The position numbers were made by a program, and so were the translations under genes. A stretch of 64,000 bases of DNA from Octopus vulgaris (taxonomy: Eukaryota), in assembly GCA_951406725.2 (NCBI GenBank), contig OX597834.1, positions 38,316,001 to 38,380,000 of the forward strand, given 5' to 3'. Below are positions 1 through 13,101 of the stretch, piece by piece (within the stretch, counting starts at the first letter, position 1; each line of letters begins with the position of its first letter). A model generated the notes under the pieces. The model did not search any database. It saw only the letters and a list, made by a program, of their open reading frames with translations, and was not told the origin of the DNA.

Positions 1-567
1 TATATATATATATATATATATATAATTATACTGTCGTGAACACACTGTTTTGATTCAGAATAGCTAAAAGTATTATCAACTTTACGTGACAATACGCTTC
101 AGGGAAGCACATCAAGTTCACAACTTCACTAGAAAACCAAAGTTTTATGTCAGCGTGAAAAAGTAACCGCAATAAAAATAAACACACGTACATATTACTA
201 TCACCAAACGTATGATATATATATACATATATATATATATACACACACACATAAGATTCTTATTCGATTGTGCTTTAAACAGCGTCTATTTTGAAAGAAA
301 CGTTGAGGCGTTGTAGCCTTTCCAGATACCATAACACACACACACATACATACACACACATGCACGCACACACACACACACACACATCTATAAAGAATTA
401 CATGCCATGGAGTTAAGCTCTCGGTAAGTCAATGTTGTCAATCCGATTTCGATTCCCGCTATTTCATTTCTCTTCCGCTCAGCTAATGTCCTTGAGAGGA
501 GGTATGAATGACAGTCACAGAATCGAATTTTTCCCCCTATCCCCACAAATTCTGAAGACTCTTAATG

Positions 568-609
<42 letters not shown>

Positions 610-727
610 TATATATATACATATCGAATAGGAAAAAGAAACGCAGTCAATCACCTGTATATATACAATATAAAGAGAGTAAAGAATGTGACATATACTT
701 ATGAATACGTATACACAAACCAAACAT

Positions 728-956
<229 letters not shown>

Positions 957-1008
957 CACATATACAAATACAGTTAGAAATTAAAAACTGGTCAAAACAA
1001 TCACTTAC

Positions 1009-1048
1009 TGAGCCCTTCCAAGCTTGCTTCTTTACCCATCCTGTTCAT
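1009..1048 (-). CDS. Candidate first coding exon [13 protein letters not shown] (unverified)
   Basis: Minus strand ATG AAC AGG ATG GGT AAA GAA GCA AGC TTG GAA GGG CTC A|GTAAGT with a consensus donor at 1008-1003 and a TATA-like TATATAAA near 1292-1300. No confident downstream exon. Confidence 0.2.
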
Positions 1049-1357
1049 ATCATCGGTGAAAACAGTGGAGGGACGGTCGTTGAACTTTTAATTTTTTTTC
1101 TATAGTTGTTGTTCTTGATGGTGTGTTTTGTAGAGGTGGAAGGGAAAAAGGTTGAAATGAATAATTTTGGTTTTGTGTTTGTAAATAACGCTATATATAT
1201 AATATATATATATCGTTGCTTGAGTAAGAAATGGTAAATAACGCCAAACTCCTTCTTTCTTTCACTCACAGCTTCACAATCCGCGTGTTAGTTTATATAT
1301 ACACGATGACAATTTGTATGAATACATAAACACTAATGTATATGCATATATATATAC

Positions 1358-1398
<41 letters not shown>

Positions 1399-1944
1399 CA
1401 AACACAAATATATATATATACTGTCCCTCCGTTGATTGGTATATTGTCGCTCGTTTGTTTATCTTTCTATCTTTCTATATATATATATGTGTGTGTGTGT
1501 TCGTGTTTTTAATATAAAATATTTTGGAAAAAAATTAATATTCTAATAAGAATAACATTAATAATGATTTTTTTTTTCAGTTTTGTTGGGTACGTGTGAG
1601 AGGGGGGGTGTTGATATAAAAAAAAATAAAACTTAAAGAAAGTGATCTTTTTTTTCTTCTTTCCCCCTCCTGGTCTGGTCCGTCTGACCTGACCGTGTGA
1701 ATTGTATACACTGAATGAGGATAGGGTGTCAGAGACGACGATGATGTCGGTTAATAGGAAGAGGGAGGAGATGGAGTATGAGCAGGAGCAGCGGTGGTAG
1801 TAGGAGGAGGAGGAAGAAGAAGGTGGAGAAGGCAATAAGGGGAGGAGGAGGAGGAGGACGAGGAAGAGAAGGATGAGGTATATGAGAGTGAGCGTGAAGA
1901 ACGAGGAAGAGAGGGAGAGAGAGACAGAGAAAGAGAAACATATA

Positions 1945-2016
<72 letters not shown>

Positions 2017-2620
2017 AAGACAAAGAGAGGTAGATAGATGGGTAAATGGATAGTTAGAAAGGGAGAGATAACTGTAGAGGTGTAATAGAAGTAGCAAGGG
2101 GCGTAAGTCAATACAGCAACAGAAGGAGAAGTGTAAAAGGGTGGTAGACACGGGAGAGAAATATATATACATATATACATACAAATATACATATAGTATG
2201 TGTGTGTGTGTATTCTATGTAAATAGATAGAGATATTCAGACTTATATATCTGCTCACATACATACACATAAAGGGATAGTATATATATATGTATACACA
2301 AACACACACACATACATGTATGTATGTAATATATGTATATTTTGTATGTATGATAAACTTTAAATTGAATTAGACGCTACGCGCTCGAATCCAAAACTGC
2401 GTGTAAATGGATTCATGTGTGTGTGTGTGTGTGTATACATTTATATATGGATACACTTATAAATGTATAATGATACATATGTATATTTATATATATTTAT
2501 TAAACATGTAAATACGTTTAGTACAAACAAAACAACTGCAACTCAAAACATGAGTGTATATATATATATATATATATAGGACAGAGGAGGGAGAAGGGGA
2601 GAGAGATGACAGCAGAAATT

Positions 2621-2669
2621 ACAGTGACTCAAGGGTCGAGAGTTTCGCTTACGACTCTTGTCAAACTGT
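2621..2669 (-). ncRNA. Type I hammerhead ribozyme candidate (Penelope-like element terminus)
   Basis: Minus strand ACAGU-UUGACAA-GAGUCGUAAGC-GAA-ACUC-UCGACCCUU-GAGU-C-ACUGU: 5-bp stem I, 4-bp stem III, GUC cleavage triplet, core with U3/A8, minimal stem II. Confidence 0.6.
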
Positions 2670-2824
2670 TCTATGCACGAAACTCCCCGTCCTTAACGCA
2701 CTTTTTCATTTGTGTTGATTAAAAATAATGAATATACAGCGATAGATACTTATGTATTCATATACACATCCATACATAAATACATACATGCATAAATACA
2801 TACTTGCACATATATATACAAACC

Positions 2825-2890
<66 letters not shown>

Positions 2891-2895
2891 ATATA

Positions 2896-2943
<48 letters not shown>

Positions 2944-3162
2944 CATACACACATGTACTCAATATATTCATTCATATACATAATTATGCATATATGTGTG
3001 AATATATAATATATGATACATGTATGTATACATACTATATAAACCTACATACATACATACATACGCACGTTTGTATGTATATATAGATATCAGTGTGCAA
3101 ATATAGATGTGTAGGGGTGATGTGAATGCAAGTATTTATAACTATATACAAACAAATGCTTC

Positions 3163-3362
3163 AGATCAGCAGAATCGGTTTAGAGCCCGAGGCAAAATAC
3201 CTTGTAGTGGCTCTTTTAAATTTTTGAGTTCAAATTCAGCCGGAGTTAACTTTACCTCTCAGTCTTCCAGAGAAATATATTAGGATTTATAGTACCGTTT
3301 AATCTACCCTACAACCATCGTACACAAATATCAGGCTTTGTGTGTGTGTTACAAACAATTAT
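3163..3362 (+). mobile_element. SINE family B, degraded copy
   Basis: gcagaatcg...tgagttcaaattcagccggagttaactttacc matches the family B head and B-box seen in intact copies. Confidence 0.6.
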
Positions 3363-3599
3363 ACAGAATAAACAAACATTAACTTCAGAAACTATCGAAT
3401 TCGTTAAAGGAGAAAAATGTCTTAGAAGTTTCCTCAAAACTGGTTCTGGTTCATCGAATTCACACTAACACACACACACACACACACATATATATACACA
3501 CATACAAGAGCGTGGATGATATAACTTCCTTTTTTTTGCTATTCGCCTTTCCCATACATACATCTCTCTCTTTCTCACACGCGCACGCGTGCACATACG

Positions 3600-3645
<46 letters not shown>

Positions 3646-4267
3646 ACTATTGACTGAAAGAGAAAGAGTCAATGTTATGTTTTTCTGTTTATTTACATCA
3701 ACCGTTTTGGCCGTCCCGTTTGGGCATAGTTGTTACTAGTCTAAGATACTCTGTCCGAGGTATATAGAGTCCTTTGACAATCGAAATTAGTGAACAGGTT
3801 TCGGTTCATGGTTGTATTTATTACATATATTCATTTAACATTCGTAAACACATCACAGTTTTATTTCCCACCTGTATCCCTTACAGAACTCTAAGGTCGT
3901 GTGCCTCAACAACAATCAATATTTTATGTGAGGTTGATTGTAGTAGTAGTAGTTATAGTAGTAGTAAAACAGACGAAAATGATTGCACTGCGACTACAAC
4001 CTTATCATTTACCCCAAACTACAATCAACAACCACAACACATCAGACACCGCTCACTCCCCATATTCTTTGTTTCTTTCTCTTTCTGTCTCATATATATG
4101 TGTGTGTGTTTGCGCGCGCGCGCACACACACACGCACGCACACACACACAGATAGATACATACATACATAGACTATGATATACTTATATATGCATAGAAA
4201 TTTGGGAGGCTACTTATAAATTACTCATATATGTGTGTATATATATATATGTGTGTATGTGTGTGTG

Positions 4268-4633
<366 letters not shown>

Positions 4634-4764
4634 CTTGAAGCGTGCGTGTATGTACAGCATTTGTGCGTGTGTATCAGCTTCTGAACTGCTTGTTTCTACC
4701 GCCGTCAGCAAGAATCAAACACTTGCTGTCAACGTTGCAATTGATGATGCGAGTTGAAATTAAC

Positions 4765-5030
4765 CTCTCTCTCTCTTTCTCTCCCCCTCTCTCTCTCTCT
4801 TTCTCTCTTTCTCTCTCTCTATCTATCTCTATACCCTCTCACTCCCACTCCTCTCCCACCTGTCTCTCCCTCTCTCCCCTTTGTCTCTCTCCCTGTCAGT
4901 TTCTCTCTCTCTCTCCCTCCCTCTCTCTCTTTTTCTCTCTCTCTCCCCATCTATCTATCTCTCTACCCTCTCCCTAACACTCCTCCCCCACTCGTCTCTC
5001 CCTCTCTCCCCGTCAGTCTCTCTCTCTCAA
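4765..5030. repeat. CT-rich polypyrimidine low-complexity tract
   Basis: Directly visible (CT)n with a partial internal duplication. Confidence 0.9.
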
Positions 5031-5124
5031 TTGTGTTTCCGTCCCTTACTCAGTGAGGCTTACTCTCCCTTCATGCTCTTACAGATTATTTTGTAATGCA
5101 TTATGTAGCCCTTCTGCGAAAAAG

Positions 5125-5310
5125 GAATAAAGACCTTGTGTTATTTGTTCCGGCTGTTTACGTTCTAAGTTCAAATCCCACAAAAGTTTACTTTGAGTTT
5201 CATCTCCCATCCCGGGGGGTTCGATAGAATTAAATACTTGTCTAGTACTGGTGTCGATGTAATCGACTATTCCCTCTACCTTGTCTTCAAAACTGCAAGG
5301 TCCAAACAAT
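5125..5310 (+). mobile_element. SINE family B, degraded copy
   Basis: tttacgttctaagttcaaatccc...gtactggtgtcgatgtaatcgact. Confidence 0.65.
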
Positions 5311-5626
5311 CTGGCTGAGCCACAAAACGGAAAACGTCACTTTCTGATGTTTGTAATTCCTATAGGGTGATCTTCCGATCTGTGACATTAGCCTGAGATA
5401 AGGTTAATGAACTTCTCCATTTCTCTCCACGAGTCCTATGGCCCTTATAAACACTGATATTATCTCGGTCCTCAAATTTCACATATTGTGATTGGTCAGT
5501 TTGTCTGTGCATGTCCTGCAGTTGTTTCTTTCGGATGTTTGTGTTACCTCGGTAGGTATGTAACTTTGACCATTTTAACTCTTATCCTTATAATGATGTC
5601 AACGTTATTTTATCTCTCTCTATGGT

Positions 5627-5657
<31 letters not shown>

Positions 5658-5859
5658 CTACAGATATGGGAATAGCTAACTTAATGGTAAAAGTGAGAGC
5701 ATTTAGGTAATAGAGAGAGAGGCAGAACATAGCTATCTGCGAGTGCATGATGAGAGAGGAACTCTCTGTTACCACATTCTACCCATCTATTTATCTATCT
5801 ATCAGACTCTCCTCTTTCTGTAGTTATCTTACTCTTTCACACATATTCTATACATACAG

Positions 5860-5949
<90 letters not shown>

Positions 5950-6477
5950 TAGAGAAAGAGAGAGAGAGAAAGAGAGAGAGAGAGATCCCATTCACTCTCT
6001 CTCTCTCTCATTTTATCTATCTATCTATCTCTATTTATCCGTCTATCTACATTCAAAACCTTAAATAAATCTTCATCTTAATTACAATTGTGAGAATATT
6101 CTAAAATATGATATTTGAACGAAGTTTGTCAATTACACTTTATCACCAGATTCGTTTTGAACAAAGTTTCTGTTGTCTTCTTTTTTCTTTATATATGTAT
6201 ATGGCAGTGCTTCTCAGACGGTACGCCTCAAGGAGTATACAGATGCATTAAGGATTTTAGAAACTATGACCTCAGCCTTTACATCATACTTATACTTGAA
6301 TGTCTTGCAAAACTCGTAATTCATAATTTCTTTATACCTAAGTGTGATTTCTAAATCAAGATAGGCAACAGTTTCCTTCCCCCACCACTAAATTAATACA
6401 TTGTTTTCCCCCTTTTTTTTACTTATCCATAACTATTGATCCATGTATATATGTAATATGTGAATATGTGCATGTAT

Positions 6478-6553
6478 TTACGGGGACGTAAACACACCAG
6501 CATCGGTTGTCCAGCGATGGTGGAAGGACAAACATAGACATACAAACACATAC

Positions 6554-6589
<36 letters not shown>

Positions 6590-6728
6590 GCCGGGCTTCT
6601 TTCAGTTTCTGTCTACCAAATCCACTCACAAGGCTGTAGTAGAAGACACTTGCACAAGGTGCCATGCAAGGGACTGAATTCGGAACCATATGGTTGGTAA
6701 GCAAACTACTTACCACGCAGCCAATCCT
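6478..6728 (-). mobile_element. SINE family A (tRNA-derived, internal microsatellite), 3'-truncated
   Basis: Reverse complement of the family A head and part of the 3' half. Confidence 0.9.
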
Positions 6729-6855
6729 ACACATTTATATATTTATATATACGCATTTATGTATTTATTGATATATTTATATAAACACATATATATGCAC
6801 ACACACACATTTATAAACTATATGTAAGCGTCTGTATGTATGCATGTATGTATGG

Positions 6856-6905
<50 letters not shown>

Positions 6906-6995
6906 ATTCATGCATATATTTCTGTATAAATGTTATGCACGCACACGCACACATATTTCTGTGCGTATACGAATGCACACACACACACAAACACA

Positions 6996-7031
<36 letters not shown>

Positions 7032-7348
7032 TGTATGTACAAATAGTAAATAATTATATCCTTATATTCAGTGTTTCATGTCCTGTTTGAATAAGCTAAG
7101 ATATTCATGCAATAGAAGAACAGATAATGAAAACGCAGTCTATGTACAATGGGTTATGTATTGGCTCTGTATCAGTCTTAGTCAATGTGTACGTGTGTTC
7201 GCTTGTTTTTATTCCTTGTTTCACTGTCTGACCTCCAGTACTTGACACAGCTTTTGAACTGAAGAAATAATATGGCTGTGATAAGATGAGTATACCAACA
7301 CACACACACAAACACACACACACACACACGCACGTACGTACACACACA

Positions 7349-7380
<32 letters not shown>

Positions 7381-7753
7381 TGCACACTCACATACTGAGA
7401 TAAGTGACACACATACAGGTGACACATAAACATCGTTTATATTTAGTGACACGATTTCACCTTTGTTTATTTAAATGTATTGATTTCTTACCCAAGCACA
7501 AGGCCAGAAATGTTAAAATCCATATGAAGCCAGGAATGTGAATATGTGGCGTGGATATCATTCTTAATGCTGCTATTATTATCAATGTAAAGTAAAACTG
7601 ACTTTAACTGAGAATCGAAACTGAAACTCTCATGTTGACAGAAACTTTTGATTTGTTGCTGTGCTTTAATGTTGGCTGCTTTAATTTATATTATCAGTGG
7701 TTCGTTGGGCCATATAAGGTTTTGATGTTAAAAATTATGTGCAATAGATTGGT

Positions 7754-8158
7754 GGATCTTTTCGGTTTGACCGGCAGTTTTTTAAATTAATTTCCATGTA
7801 GCTAAACACTTTTAAACTTCGTATACTGGTAGAATGTGTTTATAAAACATCTTTTTCTCTTGGCTTTATTGAGAAAATTCTATAGTTTGTAAGATATTTG
7901 TTGTTGTTTTTCTTCAATTTCTGCAATTTCAACCAATCAATGACGTCTATTGAGGTGAAAACATTCTGTGCCGTATGTCCCTCGTTTAAGAAATAGATTG
8001 GGTTTATTTACATTTCTGAAGAAAAAAAGATACCCTTCCCCCCACCCCTAACCCTAAAACAGATTGAAATGCAATAGATCGATACTAGGGTCATAATTAT
8101 GGGCGACAATTTCATATGACACCGATAGAAAAAACTGCCGTTCAAACCGAAAAGATCC
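7754..8158. mobile_element. MITE / non-autonomous DNA transposon with ~30-bp TIRs
   Basis: Left end GGATCTTTTCGGTTTGACCGGCAGTTTTTT, right end AAAAAACTGCCGTTCAAACCGAAAAGATCC (1 mismatch); internal CCTAACCCTAA; no ORF. Confidence 0.9.
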
Positions 8159-8560
8159 GGATTTTAAAAATATCGAATGGCTAGGAAGACCCACCTGAGT
8201 AAGATAGGAATCAAGGGAGTTAAAAATGGTTGGGAACGACTGCATGTGGGTCGGTCAGTAATGGCTCCAGCCGAAGTCATACTTTACCATCGGTAGCCGA
8301 CCAGACAATCTGTAGGTGGTCGCTGGACAAGCAATGGAAAGTAGATAAAGCTCTGTAATGTAACAACCAAATAAATAAAAAGGAAAAATAAAGATAAAAC
8401 GGGGCAAGACACATAGGATAACAGGAGTCCTAGATATCCTTAAAAAGTCGGCTTGGTCACGGTTGAAATACTATTGATAATAGGTCTACTAGATTAGGCT
8501 TGACCTGTGGGTAGTCATCATTTGATGAAATATTAATGTAATGAATGATAGGTGATCATT

Positions 8561-8962
8561 TCTTTTACTTGTTTCAGTCTGTAGATTGAAGCCATGCTGG
8601 AGCACCGCTTTAAAAAAATTAATTCGATCGAATTGACTCCAGTAATTATTTATTTATTTTTTTAAGCCTGGTTCTTATTCTATCAACTTTTTTGCCGAAC
8701 CGCTAGATTATGGGGGCGTAAACACAGCAACACCTGTTGTCAAGCAGTGGTGAGGGTCAAACATATGCACAAAGACCCACACACAACACACACACATGAT
8801 TGGCTTCTTTCAGTTTCGATTTTTCCCAAATCTACTCACAAGGTTTTGATCGGCCCGAGGCTATAGTAGAAAACACTAGCCCAAGGTGCTACACAGTGGA
8901 ACTGAAGCCAGAACCATGTAACTAGAAAGCAAACTTCTTACCACTCAGCCACACTTGCACCT
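8561..8962 (-). mobile_element. SINE family A, full-length diverged copy
   Basis: tcttttacttgtttcagt tail through ccactcagccacacttgcacc head. Confidence 0.9.
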
Positions 8963-9059
8963 ATATAGTCGGAACGTTTTTCATCACAAGGCTATTGTGT
9001 GAAGCTTGACCTAATCCAACACAGTTACGATCAAATATTTCAACAGCACATTTTTAATA

Positions 9060-9493
9060 ATTATTATTTCTAACATATGCACACGGCTACAAATTTAGGA
9101 TAGGAGGGGTTAGTCGATCAAATCGCCCTCGGTACTTGGCTGGGCTGGTATTTCGTTTACTCAATCCCAGAAGGATGGAAAGGTCAAGGTGACTTCGTCA
9201 GGATTTGAACTATGGACCTCATGGTCGTAACTAAATGCCGAGGCTCTAATTTATAACAATGATTTGCTACAACAACAAATATAATTAGAGGAAAATGAGA
9301 TGGTTGATTAAATGTACCCTAGTATGTTTGATTCAAATTTTGGCACAAGGTCAGAAATTTTGAGGAGGGAGTAAGTCGATTACATTGATCCCAGTGATCA
9401 AATGGTACTTCTTTTATCGACCCCGAGGGGATGAAAGGCAAATCGACTTCCGCGGAATCTGAATTCAGAACGTGAAAGCGAACAAAATACCTA
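9060..9493 (-). mobile_element. Two degraded SINE family B copies
   Basis: ggatttgaac/ggaatctgaattcagaacgt B-box complements and ggtactt...tcgaccccgagggg core at 9060-9247 and 9330-9493. Confidence 0.75.
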
Positions 9494-9494
9494 C

Positions 9495-9723
9495 TTCTTT
9501 ACTACCCACAAGGGGCTAAACACAGAGGGGACAAACAAGGACAGACAAAGGGATTAAGTCGATTATATCGACTCCAGTGCGTAACTGGTACTTATTTAAT
9601 CGACCTCGAAAGGATGAAAGGCAAAGTCGACCTCGGCGGAATTTGAACTCAGAACGTAGCGGCAGATGAAATACTGCTAAGCATTTCGCCCGGCGTGCTA
9701 ATGATTCTACCAGCTCTCCGCCT
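9495..9723 (-). mobile_element. SINE family B (tRNA-derived, Meta/MESC-like central domain), full copy with alternative tail
   Basis: Reverse complement reads aggcggagagctggtagaatc...gagttcaaattccgccgaggtcgactttgcctttcatcctttcgaggtcgattaaataagtaccag. Confidence 0.92.
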
Positions 9724-10100
9724 TGTGTACTATAACTATGTTGTTGGTGCTTTTTTTTTTTATGGCCGGTAGGATTTGAACATCGATCATCGAACCAGGA
9801 AATTCAATAGGGTGTTTCACTGTCAGAAATCTACACGAAAAAAGAAGTGTTTCATTTCAAAGGGAACGGGTATATAGTTTATGAAACATCCATTCTACAT
9901 GGACTACTGATACAACAGCAATTCTCCTGGAAGAATTAATGGTAAATAAAGTAGAATGTTAGCAAGGTCTGAACTAGTGGAGAATGAAACAAAATGTCAG
10001 AAGACTGAACACCTCACCAACACAAGCAATTAAAATCACAAAATCATATAAGCAATAAATGTGCATGCATCCCCACCCACACACACACACATTCACACAC

Positions 10101-10280
10101 CATGTAACACACACACATATAACACATACACACACATGTAACACACACACACACACATGTAACATACACAGAGATGTAACATACACAAACACATGTAACA
10201 CGTACCCACACATGTAACACATGCACAAACATGTAACACACACACACAGACATGTAACATAAACATACACATGTAATACA
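10101..10280. repeat. Minisatellite of ATGTAAC units spaced by (CA)n
   Basis: About 10 CATGTAACA-like units roughly every 17-22 bp. Confidence 0.85.
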
Positions 10281-10840
10281 TACACACACACACATACGTA
10301 CACACACACACGTAAGATGAAATCAATATAATCGTTTGGGATACCAGAAAAAAACAAACAACCTTCACATTATATTTGGAAAAGCAGAGAGAAATTGGAC
10401 AATGGTGCTCTGGACGTCTCAGGAAGGTCGGATGGTCACATGTAGGATGCATATGATCATTCCTCTACTGAATAAGAGCCTACCTACAGCTAAACAGCAT
10501 ATTATTTTCATCTACATGTAAACTGTACAGTATGCAGCAACTATTCATAGATGCGAGCATAAAAAGTTTCCTGAGTTAAATGAATGAAAACTTAAGTCAG
10601 CGAACACGATGCACCACGTGGATTTAAATATGTGTCTAAGTTACATCAGAGCTTTACTCTTTTTACACGGCCAGCAGTCAAGCACACACGCATTTAAATA
10701 CACAGACACGACTATGCAAACACATAGAGTAGTCTCACTTCCCTGAAATTTCTCTCTTACGACTCAGTTTCGAGTGTGTGTATGCGTGTATGTGTGTGTG
10801 TGTGTGTATGCGTGTGTGTGTGTGTATGCGTGTGTGTGTT

Positions 10841-11782
10841 TACCTTTTACGTGTTTCATTCACTGGACTGTGACCATGTTGAGTACCGTCTTCAAGGGTT
10901 TAGTCGAACAAATCAATCCTAGTACTTATTTCTAAGCCTGGTGCTTATTCTATCGGGGACTTTTGCCGAACGGGGATGTAAACAAGCCAACCTCGGTTGT
11001 CAAGTGGTCGTGGTTGACTAACATAAATCCAAGGACCCCCTATATATTTATGTGTGTATGAGTATGTGTGTGTGTGTATGTATGTATATACGTATTTATA
11101 TCAAGGATGTTTTCAAAAAACATAACAACCGCAAAAATGTAACAAAAGCACGGAAAATTTGACAAAACCAAACACGAAAAATTCGTAGCTAATTCATCAG
11201 TCAACATCCAAAATATCATAATAGTTTCGCGCCGTTATCGTTGAGACTACTGCTTCATTGGTGACGCCAGTGCAAAAAGGCCACTGGGAATAGCCAACGG
11301 ACGTACAGAACAATGACGAAAAGAAGCAAGACAAACTAAGTAATTATAGTCATTATAGATATACAATTAAAAAGAGCCGTATGGCTATTAGACAGATGAA
11401 TGTATGTGTGTATACATATACATATGTATGTAAATATGTATATATATATAAGTATGTATATATATGTATAAATAAGAATGGTGTGTAGTTCCAAAACTTA
11501 AACAAAAACACAAGGAACAAACGGAAAATTAACACACGGGACGTGACGTTGCTCATTCTTGTCAGTTATCGTTCAAAAGATCCTTACAATTTCATGTCTT
11601 TAACAATAATGTGTGTGTGTGCGTGTGTGTGCGAGCGCGCGCACACACACACACACACAACGGCTTTTTCAGTTTCCGTCTACCAAACCCAATTACAAGG
11701 CTTGGTCAGCCTGAGGCAATAATGGCCAGGAGCCCGCAACCATGTGGTTAGGAAGGAAGTTTCTCATCAGTCAGTCATGTCT
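10841..11782 (-). mobile_element. SINE family A copy split at its central microsatellite
   Basis: 3' half at 10841-11030 and 5' half at 11658-11782, same orientation, ~600 bp of other repeats between them. Confidence 0.7.
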
Positions 11783-11788
11783 ATATAC

Positions 11789-11846
<58 letters not shown>

Positions 11847-12678
11847 AAATATATAATACACACACACACACACACACAACAGGAAAAAACTGAGTGTTTA
11901 AGACTAAAAAAGGGTATGTATTTGCATATATAGCTAACACTCACTCGTATACGCACGAATACATACGCATGAATACATGTGTGTATACGTGTGTATGTAT
12001 GTTTGTATGTATGTATGTATGTGTATGTATGTATGTATGTATGTATGGATGGATGGATGGATGGATGGATGGATGGATGTGCGCGTGTGACTATGTTGTG
12101 TTTTGAGTGTACAATATGTGTACACACACTTACAAAAGGTGTTCTTATTTAACCTCACTTGAAGATCTACATGAAAATAAAAATTCTATAAAGCAACACA
12201 AACACAGAAGTCAAAACATAAACAAGCACTGAAGCAGACAATTCTCGAGAATCAGTGAAGACTAAAAGACTAACAGCAATAATAAACCACGTGGTGTTTT
12301 TCACTCAAGTTTTCCTGGTACAACTCAACACTTTGTTGTTGTATGTAGACAGAAAATATTCACTTCCATTTCTGCATTTTTCTTTACATTTCCAAATCAT
12401 CGATACGCAATATATTTTATATATATTTTATTGCATTTATCTCTGCTGGAGTTCATGTCAGTATAGACCGGGTTTTTGTTAAAACAATTATCATTATTAC
12501 CTAATCATCTTCAACTATCTTAATTTCTTTATTTCTTTATTTATTCACTTTATCTCGCGTTTCATCTTGTTCTATTATCTGTCATAAGTTTATCAAAATC
12601 TTTCTCCCTTTCTTTTCTTTTCTCTCTCTCTCTCTCTCCCTCTTTCTACCTTCTCCTCCTCTCTTTTTCCCTCTCTCT

Positions 12679-12744
<66 letters not shown>

Positions 12745-12745
<1 letters not shown>

Positions 12746-13032
12746 TTTACTTTTTACTTGTTTCAGTCATTTGACTGCCGCCATACTGGAGCACCACCTT
12801 TAGTTGTACTAATGGACTCCATGACTTATTCTTTGTAAGTCTAGTACTTATTCTATCGGTCTCTTTTCCTGAACCGCTAAGTTATGGAGACGTAAACATA
12901 CCAACATCGGTTATCAAGCAATGGTAGTGGGGAGCAAACATAGACACATGAATACATGCATACATACTTACATATATATATACATGCATACATACGACGG
13001 GCTTCTTTTAGTTTCCGTCTACCAAATCCTCT
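12745..13032 (-). mobile_element. SINE family A, 5'-truncated
   Basis: Tail through cgacgggcttcttttagtttccgtctaccaaatcc. Confidence 0.9.
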
Positions 13033-13068
13033 CCATTTCTGTCTCACACAATTGTATGTGGGTGTGGA

Positions 13069-13101
<33 letters not shown>

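Noticed and set aside
8046-8058. CCCTAACCCTAA telomere-like motif
   Set aside because: Only two units, internal to a MITE; not an interstitial telomere.
10101-10280. CRISPR-like repeat-spacer appearance
   Set aside because: Eukaryotic DNA, 7-9 bp repeats, low-complexity spacers, no cas genes.
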